From contig OZ249441.1 in NCBI GenBank assembly GCA_965235115.1, positions 7,130,001 through 7,194,000 of the forward strand: DNA of 64,000 bases, in the 5' to 3' direction. The DNA comes from Laetmonice hystrix. Lineage: Eukaryota. Below, piece after piece: positions 50,601 through 59,600 of this stretch. The first letter of the stretch is position 1; every line of letters starts with the position of its first letter. Both the position numbers and the translations under genes were made by a program. The notes beneath the pieces were generated by a model that did not search any database, was not told where the DNA came from, and saw nothing but the letters and a program-made list of their open reading frames with translations.

Positions 50601-53600
50601 TCTTTGAGTGAGGACAGTTCATTCCAAGTCCTGTCTGCCATCTTTGAGTGAGGACAGTTCATTTCCATCCTGTCTACAAGGGAAAAATGAGTGGCCTATC
50701 GACAAAATGGTCTTTCGGATCTAGAGATCAAGTAGCCAAAAAAACCTCTATGGCCATCTTACTAGTTATTCATAATATTCATATTAGTTAATGATTTTTC
50801 TCTTGTGAAGAGAATATCTGCCTCCTAGTCTGAGTGATGCTTGCTTACGTTCCAGTCCGAGACCTAATGTTGACCTTGAAAACTACGAGATCATCATCTA
50901 CGCACTGGGAGGCGCACACAACTTCTTCTCATTACTCGTTCTAGTAACATACTTCTTGTCCAACCATCCGACTCTACCGGACGTCAAATACGTGAAAAAT
51001 AAAATACAGTAAGTCTTTTTCTCTCTGAATTTTAACGATGGCTGTATATAAACTGTCACAGATTTCAAACTGAATTCTGATGTGATCAGGAAAGAACTAT
51101 ATCCTCGTCCAAGTGCAGTACTGGGCACACTGATTTAAGGCAGTTATTTTTAGCTGTGATAAGTAGAACTTCTGGTATATATTTTTTCATTCTTTCATCT
51201 TACTTCTAGGCACGCATGCTCTAAAAAGGCCAAGGAAAAAGAGGACGATCAGAATAAGGGTGATTCTAAATTAGAAGTAAAGTGTCTTAGCTTTACGACC
51301 TTGTACTATATGGTAAGTACTTGCGCATCCAGTCAAAGATAGCAGTTGAGCGTCTAAAATTCTAGTATTTGTTTTTTAGGGATTAGGCTGTTGTTTTTCT
51401 ATTGAAATACTGAAATAAAAGAATATGTATTAAGTAGATAAGTTTGTTGTGTAATAGCTGAGTGCTAATATCGCTCCGTCTGTTCTTGTACCTGACAATG
51501 TGCTGCTGATATTGTTTCAGATATTCCTGGGTCTTTCTGTAGCAGGAACCATATATCAGGGATACTTTTTTGCCTTCCATCTTCTCAATATTGTAAACAA
51601 CAATCAGCTACTTAAAGGAGTCATCCAAGCTGTCACACAAAACGGTGGGTGTCAACTGCTAGTACTAAAGTCGCTGTTTGTGTAACCTGAGCCTAAAACG
51701 TGTAGCAGTTTGTGTGACCTGACCGCAACACGTGAAGCTGTTTGTGTGACCTGAGCCTAACACGTGTAGCTGTTTGTGTGACCTGACCCTAACACGTGAA
51801 GCTGTTTGCGTGACCTGACCCCAACACGTGTCGCTGTTTGTGTGACCTGACCCCAACACGTGTAGCTGTTTGCGTGACCTGACCCCAACACGTGTCGCTG
51901 TTTGTGTGACCTGAACCTAACACGTGTAGCTGTTTGTGTGACCTGACCCCAACACGTGAAGCTGTTTGTGTGACCTGACCCCAACACGTGTAGCTGTTTG
52001 CGTGACCTGACCCCAACACGTGTAGCTGTTTGTGTGACCTGAACCTAACACGTGAAGCTGTTTGTGTGACCTGACCCCAACACGTGTCGCTGTTTGCGTG
52101 ACCTGACTCCAACACGTGTCGCTGTTTGCGTGACCTGACCCCAACACGTGTAGCTGTTTGCGTGACCTGACCCCAACACGTGTCGCTGTTTGTGTGACCT
52201 GAACCTAACACGTGTAGCTGTTTGTGTTACCTGACCCCAACACGTGAAGCTGTTTGTGTGACCTGACCCCAACACGTGTAGCTGTTTGCGTGACCTGACC
52301 CCAACACGTGTAGCTGTTTGTGTGACCTGAACCTAACACGTGTAGCTGTTTGTGTGACCTGAGCCTAACACGTGTCGCTGTTTGTGTGACCTGAACCTAA
52401 CACGTGTAGCTGTTTGTGTGACCTGACCACAACACGTGTAGCTGTTTGTGTGACCTGAGCCTAACGTGTTCCGCTTGTTATGTGTTCCAGGCAAGTCTCT
52501 GGTGTGGGTAGCCATTCTGGGTATGGTCGTGTTCTACCTGTACGCCTTGGTCAGCTTCGCCATGCTACGATCATCGTTCGACTCCGACAGCGGCATGTAC
52601 TGTCACACACTGTGGCAATGTACTGTCACCGTCATCAGATACGGCCTCATAGGCGATATATTTGAGGTGAGTTAGCATAGACCTAGCTTGCCACTTGAAG
52701 TCTTGACGCTAGAGCTAGCCTATACCCCTTACTTCTTATGTGTTCACGTATATTTGAGGTGACCCACTGTATGTCTGTCTGAACTCCTGCCGACCACCCC
52801 TGGCTCCCTGCCACTATTTGGTCTCTTCTCTCTCCCCCGTGACCTTCAGTCATTGACCTCTCTATCGGCCTTGACCTCACGGAGGACTGGAAGCACCACG
52901 TGATCCACACGTTGCCGTGATGACTTTTGTCAAGGTGACCTTCGCCTTTCTGGTCAAGCTTTTGTTTTGAACTCTTTGAGATAAAACCCTTTCTCCTCGT
53001 CATATCCGACAGTTCGGTAAGTGGAGAAAGTAAACCCAAACCTCTTTAAAAATCCAAAATATTGTACAATGGGCATGCCGCTACAGAATCTTTTCTGGAC
53101 TCGGTGGTCTATACTGTCTTTACTCCTTACGCTCCTCTACTGAATGCCCTCCGCAGTGGAGACATGGACTTTGTACCGTGCTGCCCTAATTCTATTCTCC
53201 AGCCAATTTTCTCTTGCAACCTCGCTAACTGCGCATTGATATCTGCTGGAGGTGAAGCTTTTTTTAATGAGTATCTGCTAAATCGGCTTATAAAACTGCG
53301 GCCATGCTTATTTCTAAACAAGATAACGCGCATTTTACCTTAAAACTTTAAGGCTTTCTGCTCGTAAACTTCGACTTCTAAATAAATACATGTGGTCAAA
53401 CTGAGACTGGATTGCATGACAGGGAGGAGTCAGATAAGCACGTTGTAGGAATAGATTGAAGCACCTCGTTGGGAGATATGTAGTGTCCACTGACCATCCA
53501 TCCTAGTGTTGGTCTGAGTGACCTACAGCTAGGGACTAGAGGAGGTCACCCACTCTGTCCACAGAGACCTGCTCCTGTAGGTGTAGTCACATCACACACC

Positions 53601-56600
53601 CCTCAGTCACATCACTAGATACGTATCATTGTCACCGTGATACACGTATCATTATCTCAATGATACACTTGAAGCATGAAGCACAAGTAATACATACGGT
53701 AGATGTAGTATACCTTTGCAAGGATGTACTTGTTGGATTTTTTATTCATGGTAACCTTTAGCAAACCCAGTGGGTTGATGTGTCTTTTTCTGTGACTATT
53801 ACTGAGCGTTGATCATAACTATGTCACTGTATTTTATATTTGATTTGAACATTTATATATGCCATAATCAAATTTTGGATATATCGTATTTTTTCGTATT
53901 TTATCACCAATCAGATTGTTTCTCTACTTGCTTCCATGTAATTTTGTGTTAGGACCAAGTAAGCGACCGATGGACGGCGCCTCACTACGTCTCCTTCCAA
54001 CTTCACCTTCAGCCCATACCCCTCCCCTGATCAATACTGCAAATAGAACCTGACCTAAAGCATTCACAAACCGAAAGCTGGCTTCAAACGTGACAAAACG
54101 TATACACCGTCCGTAAATATCTGACCAGGGGATCGTGAAGATCAATAGAGAGTGACACCATGTAATCCGGAAACTGGAAACTTCATTCAAAACATGGAAC
54201 CAGAGTCTGTGTACAAAACATTCATTCAAAACATGGAACCAGAGTCTGTGTACAAAACATTCATTCAAAACATGGAACCAGAGTCTGTGTACAAAACATT
54301 CAGATCATCTGGAAATATTGCAGTCACCGTCCTCATCGCAACAATATTCTGATGACTTCTCTGGTATTACTATTATTATAAACCAAGTCAAGGATCGACT
54401 TGTATTTCAAATACAATTAAAATGAAGCCAGAATATACATTGTAAACTTTTAGTAGACAGCTTCTTCGAGCGAGTGTCCCTATTCGGAGGTTCCATAGTT
54501 TGTTAAACAGTACTATAATCTGAACCGTTATGGCATCATTAATAACGTATACGATAACGTTTATAGGAAAGGCAAAGACCCAAAAAAATCCCAAAGAAAA
54601 CAAAATAATTACCAAATTAAAAATCCCACATTGTCGTCACTCGAGATGATAATTATGGAGGGTATTCCATCAGTGACGTTTCTCTACAACTCTCTATTAC
54701 CCTATACTCATGATCAAAATGTAGAAACCCTCTCTACGTGTGTGTACCGCTCATAGTATACCTAGGACATCCCCTCAACACCAGCCTATAGCTGCAGCAG
54801 GTTCACCTCAAATTGTCGTTCTACACAACATCGGATGAAGGGTACAGGCAGCGGCTGGCAGACAGCTAGGCCTATTCTACCTCGTCTAAAATAGATCTAC
54901 GGGGGACCCGGATCAAAGACAACCTCATGCTAATCTATCAATTCTTTTTTTCAGAGACAACCTGTCACACAAATGTTCTTGTATCTAGTCACGTAAATTG
55001 CCATGTCTTTTCGTCTTCCATTTCGATATTGCGTTCTTTCCTGCAAGAGCTATCGAAGCGCGAGTGGATGAACTCGGTCTAAGTATGCCAGGCCGTGCCA
55101 TGGTAAGGGTTTGCATCTCTACGTAGGAAATCGTTACTGTTCAGACTAACATTTACTTCTTCGTTTCTCTAAGATCTGAAGTTGGCCCAAGATCGTTTAA
55201 TTCTGTCTAATATTAGCTGAAGATTCGTATTCTTGCTTTTGGTGGCAAGTACCTGTATCCTAACTCAAAACCTTGACTCCCAATTCTGTTTGAGATCTGC
55301 GCTTTTCAGATGCAACACTAGAACTTCATACATACATATTTAGACAAATAAATCCAACTTCAGCAAGTAGTGAACTCCAAGTAGAATGATTACTGGCGTA
55401 TTTCCTATCTGAAGGTGTAAACGTTTACAATGAATGCATGCTGAGCATTAGTCCGGCCGAGTTGCGTGGCATTAGACCCGGTCCGGTTCCGTGGCATTCG
55501 TCCGGTCCGGTTCTGTGGCATTAGTCTGGTCCGGTTCTGTGGCATTTAGTCAGGTCGAGTTCGGTGCAGCATGAGCGTGCCCCACGCTTTGATGTTGGCT
55601 TTTATATCGCTCTGCAAACTGTCGAGATACAAGAATGGTGCTTGGCCTACGTCTGTTTCTGACCAGCGACCACGAACTGGGAGAACTTGCACTCAATCCC
55701 TAGACTTTCTCAAGTTGTACGATCATGATGGCATCCAGAGTCATTCCAAGTTGTGTAACTACCAGGGATAGGAGAACTTGTTCTTCTAATTTGTCATCGT
55801 TGCCCTTCTCGGGTTGGTAGAGTATCCAGCTTGCTAGTTCTCTGAGGTACAAGATGGCAGAGTAGTACTAAATCTCACAGAATGGAGTGTGCTATTACCT
55901 AACGTTCTCCTTAAGTTTGTGGGTTTTATCTTTATTTTCCTCCTGTTTATTTTTCCATTTCCTGAAATATTTGACCATTTCTTTTACTGAAGTTATTATG
56001 ATTGACTGATGATGACCTGGTAGTATTAGGACTGTCAATGGAGGTCGATATCTTCATTTGTTTATGTTTCCTGTATTTGGACCAAAATAACAATGTGACG
56101 CTGACAGTAAGCCTGCTGATAGAGGTGTATAGTTTACTCACCCATGTATGAGATCTTTTGACCGCTGTCCTGTTTGGGTCCAGTTTGACGGCAGTAACTC
56201 TGACCGTCGGCGTTAGTTATTGAACTCACATACCTATCATATCACCGACATTCAGGTAAGATGGTATTTTGAAATAATGCACCGATTGACCTTTGTTCCC
56301 TTAACCTTTGTTTCATTATACATAAGGCAGAAACCATTCACTCTGTACTCTGCTATCACACTGGTATATTTAGATTAATATAATAAATAGTTGAGAGGTT
56401 ATTGAGGGACGTCAGCATGATTTATTATCACTCTCTGGGTCACTCTCTAAGTCACTCTCTACGTCACTCTCTAATCATGACCGCGCGCGTTTCTATCGGT
56501 CCAGGGGACCGTCTCACAGACACTGATGGACCGTCTCACCAACCATGGACCGAGAAGGCGTTGAACGGTCCCTCCCCGGTCGGACGGTCCATAGCTGTTT

Positions 56601-59600
56601 GTGAGACGACCCCCAGATATTTAAAGAGTAAAACAGGCGGGTTGGAAGCTGTGTAAGTAGGAGCTCATAGTGACAAATTCGGGTTAGTGTGGAATCCGTT
56701 AACATTGTGTAGTTGTAGTTGATCCCTGTAGATGATCGATTGTTTAACATTGTGGTGAAGTGAAATTTTAAAGGTTTTGAGATCCCAGCAACTTTCAGTG
56801 ACCGTTTAAACGGAGGAGAGTCCTGCAGCTGGCTCCAGCTGGCTCCAGCTGGCTCCAGCTGGCCCCTGGCACTGTTGTTGTGTAAACTCTCAGAGTAGGT
56901 CATTGTAATTTACGGGTGTGGGAGGGCCAACCTTTGTACAGAAGAGTGTCAACCTTTGTATAGGAGAGGGCCAACCTTTGTATAGAAGAGGGCAACCTTT
57001 TTAAAGGAGAGAGTCAACCTTTGTATAGAAAAGCGCCTAAGAGTATGAGGAAGCACATGGCTGGAGATATTGCCAAGGCCGACCTCCTTTGTTCACGTTG
57101 CTCTGTTTCGTTACACAGAACCTGGTCAGTCATCCAGCTGAGAACACCTTCATCAGGTTCGGCTTCATCGTCATATTCCATCTCTCCTTCTTCATCTTCA
57201 TCACCACCATTGGTCTGAACATCATCTTCGGTATCATTGTGGATACTTTCTCCGAACTCAGAGACTTAAAGGTAAGCATGTGGCAACTGATCGCAGCAGA
57301 GATAAGTTGTGGCAACTGATCGCAGCAGAGATAAGTTGTGGCAACTGATCGCAGCAGAGATAAGTTAACATTCCGTGATGTGAATGTTTGTTGTCAATTT
57401 GTTGTTGATATTGTTGTTTTTGATTTTGTTGTTGTGGTGGTTGTTGTTGAAACATGCCCTCACCCGTGTCATGTGGTTTCCAGTGGCGTGCCGAGAGAGA
57501 CATGAGTGACACGTGTTTCATCTGTAGCCGAGGCTCGTACGACTTTGAGCACCACGGACATGTAAGTTTCTCATAGTTTCTCACAAACGACATGCAGACT
57601 TCAGCCTGTCTCTCAACCATGGTTCTGATCCCGCCTGATGACTGCAAACCGGCAGAATATTTAAGCTAACAGATCAGAGTTACTTCCTTCTGGTACGGCT
57701 TCTAGAGAAGAGACATTGAAACTGTCATGTTTATGTTTCAGGGTTTCGAGCATCACATCAATTATGAGCACCATATCTGGGCGTATATTTTCTTCTTTAT
57801 CCATCTTCATGACACAAAGCAGAGTGACTACACTTCTCTCGAGCTGTTTGTATACAAATTGGTAAGTTATTGGTAGATCAGATAACTGGGTGGGAAACAG
57901 TGGCTACAAGTCATGGAGCTGACCTCGTAAAATGTCTGCATTCTTCTCCTTCCTCTTACTCTTCCTCTCCACTTTCTCCTCCTTTTTGTCCTCTTTCTCC
58001 CTCCTCCGCATCCTCCTCCTCTTCCCCTCCTAATCCCCCTCCTAGATTTAACAAACTAGGACCTTATGGTATCAACACTCTTTGTAAAACGCTAGCATTA
58101 TGCTCAGACACATTTTCCTGTACATTCTTGGTTTATATTTAGATGTTTTATATTTAGATGTTTTGATCAATCCTAGTGTTCTGTTAATGATTAATTTTTT
58201 GTTTCCAGCTGGAATACGAGCGGTACGATTTCTTCCCGTTAAACCGGGCACTGTCTCTATCAGCTATGGACGAGGACAGCACTGAGAGCAAGGTGGACGA
58301 CCTGCTCCGGTTCGTCATGATGCTGGTCGAGCGACAGAAAGAAGAGGTCAGTGTCACCCTCCTCACTCTAGGAATAACCCCCCACCAAAATATCACCAAC
58401 TCACTCTAGGAATAACCCCCCACCAAAATATCACCAACTCACTCTAGGAATAAACCCCACCAAAATATCACCAACTCACTCTAGGAATAACCCCCCACCA
58501 AAATATCACCAAAAATACCGAAACACCGCATCTATTGTGCCGTCAATAAGCATACTTTTTCAAAGTTTCTGTATTTCTTGTCAAAGCCCCTCATCTCATT
58601 ACACTGATCATTCTCAGTCATCTCGAGTGACATTTTATCATTAATCCTGCATTTATCCGTTTATTCTCCGTACGTTTCCAGGACGCCAAACGGAAGCGTG
58701 AAGATGAGCGTCAGAAACAAATCCGATGGCGCGAGGAACACCGCAGTGCCATGATGCAGGATGATGACGACTCGATGGACACACCCGACTCAGACAGAAA
58801 CAACCGTGGAGGAGGTGGCGGTGGTCCTGGAGGACCTGGCGGCCCAGGACCTGGAGGAGGCGGTGGAGGAGGTGCTGGAGGTACGGCGTTCGGCCGTCCT
58901 GGCGCACAGAACTTCCGACAGAAGCGGTGGCAGCGCGGCTCCAAGTATTCTCACTTTGGGGACTCGGTGGATACGGCGGACACTCAGGGTTCGAACGTCT
59001 CCATCAATAAGTATCAACCAGTCACCAAGGACTCGACTCTAGACTCACCCGACGAGAGGACTGAGGGGGCCGCCTCCATGAGGAGTCCGTCAGGTCGGTC
59101 TGGTAGCCGTAGCCCGGCGGACATGCTTGACAGCTCACCCACACCGCTCGACTCGACTCTACCACTGGATGAGGAGATGACAATGGATGACTCGGTACAT
59201 CTGATCGATTTCGGCGGAGTCGGAGGCCGAGACAGCCGATCTGACGGCCGCCGTGGTCGGGATGACGACCACCTCATGCACGACTTACATGATGACGACA
59301 TGGAGGATGAGGAGGAGGAGGAAGACGAGGAGGAGGAGGAAGATGAGGAGGACAGTCGGTCGGCACGTGGTCGACAGCCCCACCACCACCAATACTCGCC
59401 CCACCACCACCCCCACCACCATCCCCACCACCGCCAGCGGCCCAGGTCACGTACGCCTTCCCCGACCAACATGGACGACCTCCTGCTCGACTCGGCGCCC
59501 ACCCTCCCCCGCCGTGGGTCCCGCCGCGGGTCCCACCAACCACCCCCAGACCACCGCCTCCCAGAGTCAGGCTCACTGAGCTCCCTGCCCCGTCAGACCA

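Noticed and set aside
4292-52515. Long periodic ORFs in the track (e.g. 4292-4982, 11455-12144, 20701-21711, 24614-25595, 35451-36227, 51665-52515)
   Set aside because: They are translations of stop-poor minisatellites in several frames and both strands, not independent genes.
53013-53016. 4-nt microexon (ccgacag|TTCG|gtaagt)
   Set aside because: Splice signals look good, but inclusion would frameshift before TM6 and exons 62/63 already join in frame; no partner exon found.
52683-53343. ORFs of 68-118 aa as a transposon or nested gene
   Set aside because: No recognisable RT, integrase or transposase motifs; a profile search would be needed to revive this.
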